Positions 46,371-54,791 of a DNA stretch of 64,000 nt are shown here, piece after piece. Positions within the stretch are counted from its first letter, which is position 1. The number at the start of each line of letters is the position of its first letter. Source of the DNA: Planctomycetota bacterium (lineage in GTDB: Bacteria > Planctomycetota > GCA-002687715 > CAIWVZ01); the NCBI GenBank assembly GCA_044222185.1, contig JBGANV010000002.1, positions 352,001 through 416,000 on the forward strand, in the 5' to 3' direction. Both the position numbers and the translations under genes were made by a program. The notes below the pieces were generated by a model, which saw only the letters and a list, made by a program, of their open reading frames with translations, was not told where the DNA came from and did not search any database.

Positions 46371-47705
46371 ATGACACCGCACGACCGCGATCGTTCGCCG
46401 GCCTCGGAATCACTGGAAGAGGTGTTCTCGGAAGAGGAGTTTGCGCCGCTCCTCTGGGAACGGATCCAACCTCTCCTCCAGTTGTCGAACTACCTCCAGC
46501 TCGAAGCCGCGAAGGGGTTGACGAAGCGAGCCTTCTCCGCCGTCGAAGAGGCGGCGCACGACCTCGAGACCTACCTGGACGACTACAACGCCCGAACGAA
46601 CGTCACGTTCGCGCCGATCACCGAGTTCGTCGCCTGCGCCCGGGGGTTCGCGCGCATCGGCCACACCATTCGCCACATTCTTGGTCGATATCAGCAGTAT
46701 CGGCCGCAGCCCTTCGACGATAATGACCGCGCGTTCATGGCCGAGGCCGCTGCGGCATTGCATTTCGCTCAAACTTCGTTGCTCAAGCTCCTCGATGGGG
46801 TGGCGAACGAGGCGACGACCGTTTGCAAACGCTCTTCGCCGCAGACCGCAGAACCTGGACGAACTCTCAGCGACCGGCAACCGAAGTTCCGGCTTCCCGA
46901 CAACATCGACGACGCAGCAGTCGCCAACGATCGACAGCGTGTCGCGGAACTCGCGTCGTTGTATCTGGCGCACCGAGTCACGCTGGGTCGACTATTCGAC
47001 GGCCAGAAATTCTCCGACGTCGCTGCAATGCGCCGCTTCGTGCTCGACGTGGCCGACGAAGAGCAATGCCGGATATTCGAGGCGAAGATTCACAACCTTC
47101 AATCGCGATACGACACCTACATCAAGGGAACGGAGCTCGAGTCGAAAGACCCCGAGCTTCGATCGTTCCGCGGGCACGTCTCGATCACGTTGCACCTCCT
47201 CGAATCGATGACACATCTCGTGCACTTCTATGAACGCCACGAGAACGAGGTGCGCGCCGAGCGCGTCAAGCACCGCATCGCCGAATTGGTGAACAAAGAC
47301 GAGGTACTGGACCGGACGCTGAATTTCTGTCTTTATTACGCCAGTTACTTCATCGGATTGGGTGCGCCCTTGGCGGACAATCTGGTCCAGAGATACACGA
47401 GCCAGGACCGAATCACGCTGAAGTTGCCGGACGGAGTCGTCCTGCACGCTCGTCCCGTGGGGCTCATCACGCGCGTCGTCGCGCACCATGCCACACCGGT
47501 CAACATCACGATCGGGAAGACGACCGTGTACGCAGGATCGATCTTGAAGGTCCTGATGGTCGTCGGTGCCAACCCGGGTGTGCGCGAGATCGTGTTCGAA
47601 GGCGACAGACGCCCGCTCGCCGATCTCGAGCTGCTCTTCCACCACCGCTTGGGTGAGGACGGGGTCGGGCAGCTGCCGCCGACGCTGGCCTACCTCGCGC
47701 ACTGA
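46371..47705 (+). CDS. HPr-domain fusion protein (large helical N-terminal domain + C-terminal HPr)
   Basis: C-terminal LHARP (His15 equivalent) and YAGSILKVL (Ser46 equivalent). The first ~345 aa were not recognised. Confidence 0.8.
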   Translation: MTPHDRDRSPASESLEEVFSEEEFAPLLWERIQPLLQLSNYLQLEAAKGLTKRAFSAVEEAAHDLETYLDDYNARTNVTFAPITEFVACARGFARIGHTIRHILGRYQQYRPQPFDDNDRAFMAEAAAALHFAQTSLLKLLDGVANEATTVCKRSSPQTAEPGRTLSDRQPKFRLPDNIDDAAVANDRQRVAELASLYLAHRVTLGRLFDGQKFSDVAAMRRFVLDVADEEQCRIFEAKIHNLQSRYDTYIKGTELESKDPELRSFRGHVSITLHLLESMTHLVHFYERHENEVRAERVKHRIAELVNKDEVLDRTLNFCLYYASYFIGLGAPLADNLVQRYTSQDRITLKLPDGVVLHARPVGLITRVVAHHATPVNITIGKTTVYAGSILKVLMVVGANPGVREIVFEGDRRPLADLELLFHHRLGEDGVGQLPPTLAYLAH

Positions 47706-47719
47706 AAGCCGGCGCGAGA

Positions 47720-48193
47720 ATGCTCCTCGGGGTCATCAGCGATACTCACGGGCTCCTTCCAACGAGCTTGCCAGAGGTGTTCGCTGGCGTCGACTACATC
47801 ATCCACTGCGGCGGAATCGGGGGAGCCGAGGTGGTCGACAGGCTTTCGACGTTCGGTCGCGTCACAGGAGTCGTCACGGATTCGGACGACGCCGCGCTGT
47901 TTCCGTTTGGTCGCACGCTGTTGCGACGGTGGCTCGGAATCCCGGTGCTTGCACTGGGAGGTGCCCTCGATCCGCGTGAGCTGTCGGTCGCCGCGCGTAC
48001 CGAGATCGAACGGAGCCGCGCGCGAGTGATCCTGTCCGGCGGTGGTCGCGCGCCGTGTTGCGCGGAGATGGATGGGCGCCTCTACTTCTGCCCGGGCATC
48101 GCGCGGCCGGGCCGACGCGGATCGCGTCCGACCGTCGGACTCGTGGAGATCACGGCGAAGAAGGTGCGCGCAGAAGTGATTGCGCTGGGCTGA
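47720..48193 (+). CDS. YfcE-like metallophosphoesterase with degenerate active site
   Basis: ISDTHG is retained; the later metal-binding motifs are altered. Confidence 0.75.
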   Translation: MLLGVISDTHGLLPTSLPEVFAGVDYIIHCGGIGGAEVVDRLSTFGRVTGVVTDSDDAALFPFGRTLLRRWLGIPVLALGGALDPRELSVAARTEIERSRARVILSGGGRAPCCAEMDGRLYFCPGIARPGRRGSRPTVGLVEITAKKVRAEVIALG

Positions 48194-48208
48194 CCGCGCT
48201 GCCCGGAT

Positions 48209-48934
48209 TCAGCGTCCGAAGAGCAGCCGTTCCCCGAGGATGTCAGGCAATCCTGCGCGACGGATCTTCTCCGCAGTGCGCTTCGCGTCGTAGGCGACGC
48301 GGTGAAGCGCGTATTCGCGAGTTCGTGAATCGTAGACCGCGAACGCCGTCTTCGGATTGTCGTCGCGGGGCTGCCCCACGCTTCCCACGTTGATGAGTGC
48401 TCGTGCGTCCTTCGGAACCTGGAAGCTCGTGGAGAGCGTGTGCGTCACCGCCTCGCCCTTGATGAACGAGATCGGGATGTGTGAGTGGCCCATGAAGCAG
48501 ACGTTCGTCGACAGGGCTTCGAACGAGCGGTGGGCGTCGTAGTAGGTCTGGATGTAGTCGAAGAGCTCTGGCTGATCGCGCGTGGCGTGAACGACCTCCA
48601 GCTCGTCGTTGATCTCCAGGACCAAGGGGAGCTGTTCCAGGTAGAGGCGATCCGCAGGTTCGAGAATCGACCGCGTCCACTCGACGGCCTCGCGCGCGAA
48701 CGGGTTGAAGTAGGACGTGTCGAGCTTCCCAACGACCGCCCAGTCGTGGTTCCCGGAGACGACGAGGGCGCCGATCTCGCGCATCTTCTGGATGCAGGGG
48801 CCGGGGTCGGCGCCGTAGCCGACGATGTCACCAACCTGGAGGTAGACGTCGATTCCGGCAGGCCGCAGCACGTTGAGAGCTGCTTCGAGGGCCTCCAGGT
48901 TTCCGTGAATGTCTCCGAGGATCGCGTAACGCAA
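48209..48934 (-). CDS. Calcineurin-like metallophosphoesterase
   Basis: GDIHGN, GDIVGYG, GNHD, GHSH and NVGSVGQPRD. Confidence 0.93.
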   Translation of the reverse strand: MRYAILGDIHGNLEALEAALNVLRPAGIDVYLQVGDIVGYGADPGPCIQKMREIGALVVSGNHDWAVVGKLDTSYFNPFAREAVEWTRSILEPADRLYLEQLPLVLEINDELEVVHATRDQPELFDYIQTYYDAHRSFEALSTNVCFMGHSHIPISFIKGEAVTHTLSTSFQVPKDARALINVGSVGQPRDDNPKTAFAVYDSRTREYALHRVAYDAKRTAEKIRRAGLPDILGERLLFGR

Positions 48935-49006
48935 AGCGTTGTTTCTATCGGCTGACAGCGGAACAGATTCCGCGGCGGTCAGCAGTGGCCCCGGAAGCCG
49001 GGCAGT

Positions 49007-49747
49007 TTAGGAGGCGACCTCGGCCGGGTCAAACCAGCGTGGCCCGTTCTGTTGCAGGCGTGTTCGGATCAGGACGACGGCCAAAGCCAACGCTAAGCCC
49101 GCGTTCACGGCAAGCTGCGGGGCCGCCGCCCAGATCGCAGCGTCGCCTCGGAAGGTGGGCGTCGACAGGAGAGGGCCGAGGTTCGGGATCATCAACCAGG
49201 TCGCCGCGCGGGTGTGCTCCGAGATCGAGAACCACGCGGCCAGGACCATCCATGAGCCGACGGCCCAGGGAGCCCATCGCCCGCCAAGGAGCGACTGCCA
49301 AAGCGTTCCCCACGACGCGAGGATGAGACTCAACCAACCAACATGCGCCATCGTCGTTGCGAGAAACGAGCCGAACTCAATGTCAGATAATTGGTTGCGG
49401 AATACGATGTACTGAGCGGCGGCAAGTGCGAGGCCTGTGCCCACCGAGAGGAGTGTGGCCGCTCCGACGGTGGCGGTGGCGGGCCACCCGGCGTCCGCGG
49501 TCGACAACACGGGCGCGCGGATCGCGCGGCCGGAGCGGATGGCGAGCGTGAGCGCAGTCATCGAGATCTGGATCCCGACGAGTGCCCCCCCGAGGACTTC
49601 ACCGGTGGTCCAGAACGGCACCGGTGCGAGCCAGGCGAGCGCGGTGGCGATGGCAGTGATCAGCCAATGGGCCCGCCAGACCGGAGAGCGCAATTCGGCG
49701 CGGAGCGCTCCCCCACCGTAGGCCCGTATCGCAAGCAGGCGCGCCAT
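49007..49747 (-). CDS. Hypothetical multi-pass membrane protein (ABC permease-like)
   Basis: About 6 hydrophobic segments; divergent from parB. Confidence 0.55.
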   Translation of the reverse strand: MARLLAIRAYGGGALRAELRSPVWRAHWLITAIATALAWLAPVPFWTTGEVLGGALVGIQISMTALTLAIRSGRAIRAPVLSTADAGWPATATVGAATLLSVGTGLALAAAQYIVFRNQLSDIEFGSFLATTMAHVGWLSLILASWGTLWQSLLGGRWAPWAVGSWMVLAAWFSISEHTRAATWLMIPNLGPLLSTPTFRGDAAIWAAAPQLAVNAGLALALAVVLIRTRLQQNGPRWFDPAEVAS

Positions 49748-49786
49748 CAGATGCGTGTCCGTCTCACGGGTGCGTTCGACTGCGAT

Positions 49787-49802
49787 TGTTTCACGTGGAA
49801 CA
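49787..49802. promoter_or_regulatory. parS site
   Basis: TGTTTCACGTGGAACA matches the parS consensus palindrome; lies just upstream of parB. Confidence 0.92.
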
Positions 49803-49960
49803 TTCCCCCGGGTTGATCACAGTCGGCGGTGCATTAGGGTGCGCACCATGCGGCTGTGGAAATCCGTCGGCTCGGACTGTGCCCCCGGTTGCGCAATCGT
49901 GCAAGGCCGGAGTCGGACGCGGCGCCTCGCCGGACTCCACGCCGGATCGAGTGACCCACC

Positions 49961-50896
49961 ATGACCGAGAGGGATCAGAAGAAACTGGGGCGTGGGTTGA
50001 ACGCGTTGATTGGCACGACGAGCCGAACCCCACAACCTCCCCCGGCCGCGGCGACGCCAGCGACGACGACGCCCCCGGGCCGCGAGATTCCCATCGACCT
50101 CATTGACCCAAACCCGTGGCAACCTCGCCGCGAGTTTGCCCAGGCCGAGATTGACGAGCTCGCCGATTCGATTCGGGCGAATGGCCTGCTCCAGCCCATC
50201 CTCGTTCGGAAGACGGGCGTGCGCTTCCAGCTCGTGGCCGGTGAGCGGCGCCTGCGCGCCACGCGCCAGACCGGCGCCCAGTCCATCGCGGCGAACGTCA
50301 CCGAGGTGACCGATCGCCAGATGCTCGAATGGGCGATCGTCGAGAACCTCCAGCGGAAGGACCTGAACCCCATCGAGGCGGCCCTGGCGTTCAAGCGCCT
50401 GATGGAGGAGTTCGCGCTGACGCAGGAGCAGGTCTCCGCGCGCGTCGGGCAGAGCCGCCCCCATGTCGCGAACACGCTGCGCCTCCTCGAACTGCCGGGC
50501 GACATCCGTGAGATGGTTTCACGTGGAACATTGTCGGCGGGCGCCGGGCGTGCGTTGCTTGCCGTGCCGAACGCCGCCGAGCAACGCCGGCTGGCCGAGC
50601 AGGTTGCCGCGGGGAAGGCGACGGTGCGTGATGTCGAGGCCGCAGGCGCAAGGAAGAAGGATGTGCGGCCGTCCACGGCCTCGGCTCGCTCGGCGAACCT
50701 GAAGGTTGTCGCGCAGGAGCTGCAATCCCACCTGGGAACGAAGGTCGAGATCCTCGGAACGGCGACCCGCGGCCGCGTCATCCTCAGCTACTTCACAGGT
50801 GATGATCTGAACAAGATCTACGCCCTCCTGACGGCCAAGCGTCCGCGCGACGGCGAGCCAGCCGACGACGATCTGGACGCCGACCTGACGGTCTGA
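49961..50896 (+). CDS. parB: Chromosome partitioning protein ParB/Spo0J
   Basis: LGRGLNALI, PNPWQPR, GLLQPILVR, AGERRLRA, ENLQRKDLNPIE and HTH SRPHVANTLRLL. Confidence 0.97.
   Translation: MTERDQKKLGRGLNALIGTTSRTPQPPPAAATPATTTPPGREIPIDLIDPNPWQPRREFAQAEIDELADSIRANGLLQPILVRKTGVRFQLVAGERRLRATRQTGAQSIAANVTEVTDRQMLEWAIVENLQRKDLNPIEAALAFKRLMEEFALTQEQVSARVGQSRPHVANTLRLLELPGDIREMVSRGTLSAGAGRALLAVPNAAEQRRLAEQVAAGKATVRDVEAAGARKKDVRPSTASARSANLKVVAQELQSHLGTKVEILGTATRGRVILSYFTGDDLNKIYALLTAKRPRDGEPADDDLDADLTV
50515..50530. promoter_or_regulatory. Second parS site inside parB
   Basis: GGTTTCACGTGGAACA. Confidence 0.85.
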
Positions 50897-51178
<282 letters not shown>

Positions 51179-51223
51179 TGACCGTGCGCTCGATGGCTCC
51201 GGTGGTTGGCGGTCGGGCGATGC

Positions 51224-51261
51224 AAAGAAAAACGGCCGCTTCGCATGGGCGAGGCGGCCGT
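51224..51261 (-). terminator. Rho-independent terminator for the 51288-52535 gene
   Basis: Minus strand ACGGCCGCCTCGC-CCAT-GCGAAGCGGCCGT followed by TTTTCTTT. Confidence 0.75.
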
Positions 51262-51287
51262 CTCAAACTCGGACCGGCGCGTGGGTC

Positions 51288-52535
51288 CTATTTGCCGTCG
51301 GTCGGCTTCGATTCAGGCGTGACGGGCTTGGACTCAGGCACCTTGAACTCGCCTGCGGGGGGGAAGTCCGTGCCCGCCGGCGGGAAGTCGATGTCACCCT
51401 CGACCGTTACCGACTTCACCTTCACGAGCGCCTTCGGTCGGTCCTTGCGGAGGTCGTCCTCGGCCTGCGAGACAAGCTCGTCGATGACCTCAAGACCTTC
51501 CGTAACCTCTGCAAAGACAGAGCCTTGTGCATAGGTCGGCTCGTCCGAGTAGATGGTGAAACGGGAGGGGCTGTCGCCGCCCGTCGTGTAGTCCATCACC
51601 GACAGAACGCTCCCACGGCCGGCGGGGAGCATGTTCGGCTCCTCGCGGATGGAGTAGCCGACGTCATTCGTCTGCTGGCCGTCGTCGTCACGGTTCTCCG
51701 GAGTCGCCTTCGTCATGGGGTCGCCACCCGTGATGCCCAGGTTCGTGGTCTTCGGCTGCTGCATCATCGTCGAGGCGTCGGTCTTCTTCATGCCCTTCAC
51801 GAACGCGTGGAACGCCGTCCCCTCGAAGTACTTCTTGTCCCGAGCAAGCCAGACGAAGCTCTTCACGTGATAGGGCGCGACCTTGCTCCAGAACTTGCCG
51901 ATCACGAACTTCTTGCCGTTCTCCAGCTCGAAGGTGACCTTGAGGTTCTTGTCTGGTTGGACGGCGCCAACGAAGGGATGCGCCTTCAACCAGTCGACCT
52001 GACGCTGGGCGTTCTCCTTCACCTGGGCGACGAGTGACTGCCCGGCAGCTTGGGCGCCGTTGGCGGGCCGGGTGACCATCTTGGCCCAGAAGGAATTCGG
52101 GTACTTGCTTTCGAGCTGCGAGCAGGTGTCAACGGCCTTCTGGTAGTTGGCGAGCTTTTCTTCCTGCGTCTTGGCGTCGTCCGCGAGCTCCTTGAACGTC
52201 GTTGCGAGTTCGAACAACCGCGATGCATCGGCGGGGGAACCGGCGAGCTGCGCGCCCAGATCCTCGAGCTGTGCGGCGCGTTGCTTCGCGGGGACGTCCG
52301 AGTCGGTCGCCTTCTGCCATGCGAGCGCCACGTCGTCCTGCTTCGACGCGTTCATCGCGGAGAAGATCTTCCAACCGATGAGGGGGATCGCGGCGATGAC
52401 GGCGATGATCGTCACCGCCTTCACGTAGTACTGCGGCCGACGATGAATGTCGTCGACCGTCCGCTCCCAGAACGAACCGACGACCTTGTCAGCGGCCACA
52501 GCAGTGGCGGCCGGAGCCTGTGAGGATTCACTCAT
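51288..52535 (-). CDS. Membrane-anchored TPR-like + cyclophilin-type domain protein
   Basis: TM helix, helical region, then VAPYHVKSF…YFEGTAFH…GGDP…GYSIREE…VFAEVTEGLEVID. Confidence 0.8.
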   Translation of the reverse strand: MSESSQAPAATAVAADKVVGSFWERTVDDIHRRPQYYVKAVTIIAVIAAIPLIGWKIFSAMNASKQDDVALAWQKATDSDVPAKQRAAQLEDLGAQLAGSPADASRLFELATTFKELADDAKTQEEKLANYQKAVDTCSQLESKYPNSFWAKMVTRPANGAQAAGQSLVAQVKENAQRQVDWLKAHPFVGAVQPDKNLKVTFELENGKKFVIGKFWSKVAPYHVKSFVWLARDKKYFEGTAFHAFVKGMKKTDASTMMQQPKTTNLGITGGDPMTKATPENRDDDGQQTNDVGYSIREEPNMLPAGRGSVLSVMDYTTGGDSPSRFTIYSDEPTYAQGSVFAEVTEGLEVIDELVSQAEDDLRKDRPKALVKVKSVTVEGDIDFPPAGTDFPPAGEFKVPESKPVTPESKPTDGK

Positions 52536-52546
52536 GTTTCACTCGA

Positions 52547-53005
52547 TCAATCGACGTTGAGTTTGATCAGGGCTGCAGTCCCGCGATTGTCTCTTTTCAC
52601 GGTGATTTCGCAGCGTTCCGAGTCTTTCTGATACGTGAGGACGTGAGTCTCGTCTTCGGTCCGCTCAGCGGATTGCGCCCACCCGAAGGGCCGCTGAGTC
52701 ATCGTGTCCCGGTAGAAGCTCACGACCTCCTCGATCCCGAGATCTGCGGTCCAGTACGTCAGCCGCGCCAAACGGACTCCGCCTCGATAGAAGCTGAACG
52801 AATCGTTGTGACGCGTGACGAGTTGCATCTTCTCGGGAACAGGTATGTCGACGAACTGATTGCGCTGGAGCTCGGACGACCGCGACTCTTCGTTGCGGAG
52901 TCTGACCCCAGTCGACGTGCTGCCTTCACGGTCGACGTTGTGACATCCGCCCGCGAGAAGGCAGATCGAACCGAGAACCAAAGCGCCGAAAGCGCGACAC
53001 CGCAT
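52547..53005 (-). CDS. Hypothetical lipoprotein
   Basis: GGAG RBS, lipobox AGGC and QFVDIPVP motif. Confidence 0.75.
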   Translation of the reverse strand: MRCRAFGALVLGSICLLAGGCHNVDREGSTSTGVRLRNEESRSSELQRNQFVDIPVPEKMQLVTRHNDSFSFYRGGVRLARLTYWTADLGIEEVVSFYRDTMTQRPFGWAQSAERTEDETHVLTYQKDSERCEITVKRDNRGTAALIKLNVD

Positions 53006-53214
53006 GACGGCTCCGTCCAAAAAGGGGTGAGATTCTACGGAGCGTGCGGCGATCTAAAAGCAGCCGGATCATAAATCTCCCGGCGTGGGCCGGGTCTCGT
53101 GTGGCCTGCCGGACCCGAGTCCCCGCGCAGGCCGAGCCTCCCGTATAGAATGCCGCGATCGAAGTGCGCCCCACGGGGACCCTGTTCGATCCGGTCCCGC
53201 GCGGGAGTCACGGC

Positions 53215-53808
53215 ATGCTGAACGAGCCCACACTGGTCCTGAACCGCTCCTGGGTAGCCATCACGACGACGTCCGTCCGTCAGGCCGTGACCCTCGTGTG
53301 TCGCGGAGCCGCAAAGTTCATCGAGCCGCAGACCTGCAAGGCCCACGACTTCGAATCCTGGTCCGATCTGGCGGTTTCGGCGAACGAGCCCCAGCTCCGC
53401 ACGGTCCGGCTCCGGATCCGCCTGCCCGAGGTGATCGTCCTCACGCAGAGCGACTGCATGCCCCGACGGACGGTGCCGTTCTCGCGCCGCAACCTCTACA
53501 GGCGCGACAGCTACCGGTGTCAGTACTGCGGGAAGCACCGTCCGACGTGCGAACTGAGCATCGACCACGTGATCCCCCGGAGCCGAGGCGGCAAGACCAC
53601 CTGGGAGAACTGCGTGCTTTCGTGCATCCCGTGCAACGTGCGCAAGGGCAACCGTCCCATGGAAGAAGCCTCCATGTCGCTCGTGTCGCAGCCCTCGCGC
53701 CCGCGGTGGAGTCCCTACCTCGCGGTGACGACGGCCAACCGCCGCGCGTCATGGGCGCAGTTCGTGAGCGAGCAGTACTGGAACGTGGAACTCGACCACG
53801 ACGAATGA
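53215..53808 (+). CDS. HNH endonuclease
   Basis: TLVLNRSW, RD…CQYCG, IDHVIPRSRGG and NCVLSCIPCNVRKG. Confidence 0.92.
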   Translation: MLNEPTLVLNRSWVAITTTSVRQAVTLVCRGAAKFIEPQTCKAHDFESWSDLAVSANEPQLRTVRLRIRLPEVIVLTQSDCMPRRTVPFSRRNLYRRDSYRCQYCGKHRPTCELSIDHVIPRSRGGKTTWENCVLSCIPCNVRKGNRPMEEASMSLVSQPSRPRWSPYLAVTTANRRASWAQFVSEQYWNVELDHDE

Positions 53809-53819
53809 GCGGACCAAGG

Positions 53820-54542
53820 CTACGGCGCGCCCGGCCGCAATCGCTCCCAGAACGCCACGTGGGCCGCTGAAACCGCCGGAATCGCGCGGTCGACGACCTT
53901 TCGGATCGTTTCCCCCAGGGCTTCCGCGGCGGCACCCTCCAGGCCCTCGACGGCGGCCACCACCTTCGACGAGCTGTCCTCGAACGTCTCGTCGAGGAAC
54001 TGTCGCCCGTCCCGGTCGACGACCGTGAGCCGGAGCTTCACCGTCGCCTCGACGCTCGAGGCAGGAATCACCGGAATGAGAGAGGGGAGGCCCTCGACGT
54101 AACTGGCGCCGGCCCGCTCGAGTGTGACGTCGATGCGGAACTGCTGATCCCGCTCGTAGAGGCCGCAGGGCGAGAAGAGCCCCGCCAGGCGCACGTCGCG
54201 CGCGAGGATCGAGAGAATGGACTCCGCGACCGGAACCCGAAAGCGCTGATCGAGAACGTTGGACTCGCCGAGGTACGAAGCCTTGCCGTAGTCCGAGTAC
54301 GGGCGGCGGTCCTGCTTCAGGCGCACCCAGCAGCTTCCGAGCGGCTTCTCTGCCGGCAAGCGCACGCCCGTCGGAGCGCAGTAGTCGTTGACGAGATCCA
54401 TGGACGACGACGAACAGCCCGCGGAAAGCGCGATCGACACGAGGAGGCCCGCCGCCACCAGAAAGGTCCGCCGCCGAGAGCGTCCGCGAGCGGCGACCTC
54501 GTCCTTCGGTTCATGCCAACCCGGCGACACGACTGTAAGCAT
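53820..54542 (-). CDS. Hypothetical lipoprotein, possible Tat substrate; start uncertain
   Basis: SRRRTFL twin-arginine-like motif followed by lipobox SAGC. Confidence 0.65.
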   Translation of the reverse strand: MLTVVSPGWHEPKDEVAARGRSRRRTFLVAAGLLVSIALSAGCSSSSMDLVNDYCAPTGVRLPAEKPLGSCWVRLKQDRRPYSDYGKASYLGESNVLDQRFRVPVAESILSILARDVRLAGLFSPCGLYERDQQFRIDVTLERAGASYVEGLPSLIPVIPASSVEATVKLRLTVVDRDGRQFLDETFEDSSSKVVAAVEGLEGAAAEALGETIRKVVDRAIPAVSAAHVAFWERLRPGAP

Positions 54543-54681
54543 TGCGTTACATCCAACGGCGTGGAATGTGGGCGCGAAACTGCGGCGAAGGCACCCACGC
54601 AGGCACCCTTTCGCCCTGCGACCGCGTTCCCGGCGCGCAGCCCCACGACACCTTGACGCACCCGACGGCGTTCGGCCACAC

Positions 54682-54697
54682 TGGCCCGATCATTGCA
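54682..54697 (+). promoter_or_regulatory. Putative sigma-54 (-24/-12) promoter
   Basis: TGGCCCG-ATCA-TTGCA, one mismatch to TGGCACG-N4-TTGCA, ~95 nt upstream of the metalloprotease start. Confidence 0.55.
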
Positions 54698-54791
54698 CAC
54701 TTGCATGCAAGGTGAAGTCCCCACGGCCCGGCAATTCCTCCCCGCCGGCCTCACCCTTCAACAACCCCACCCGCTCTCGGAGACGTAGCAG

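Noticed and set aside
53215-53808. HNH nuclease as a mobile or defence element
   Set aside because: A common stand-alone family, with no flanking repeats, methylase or intron features visible.
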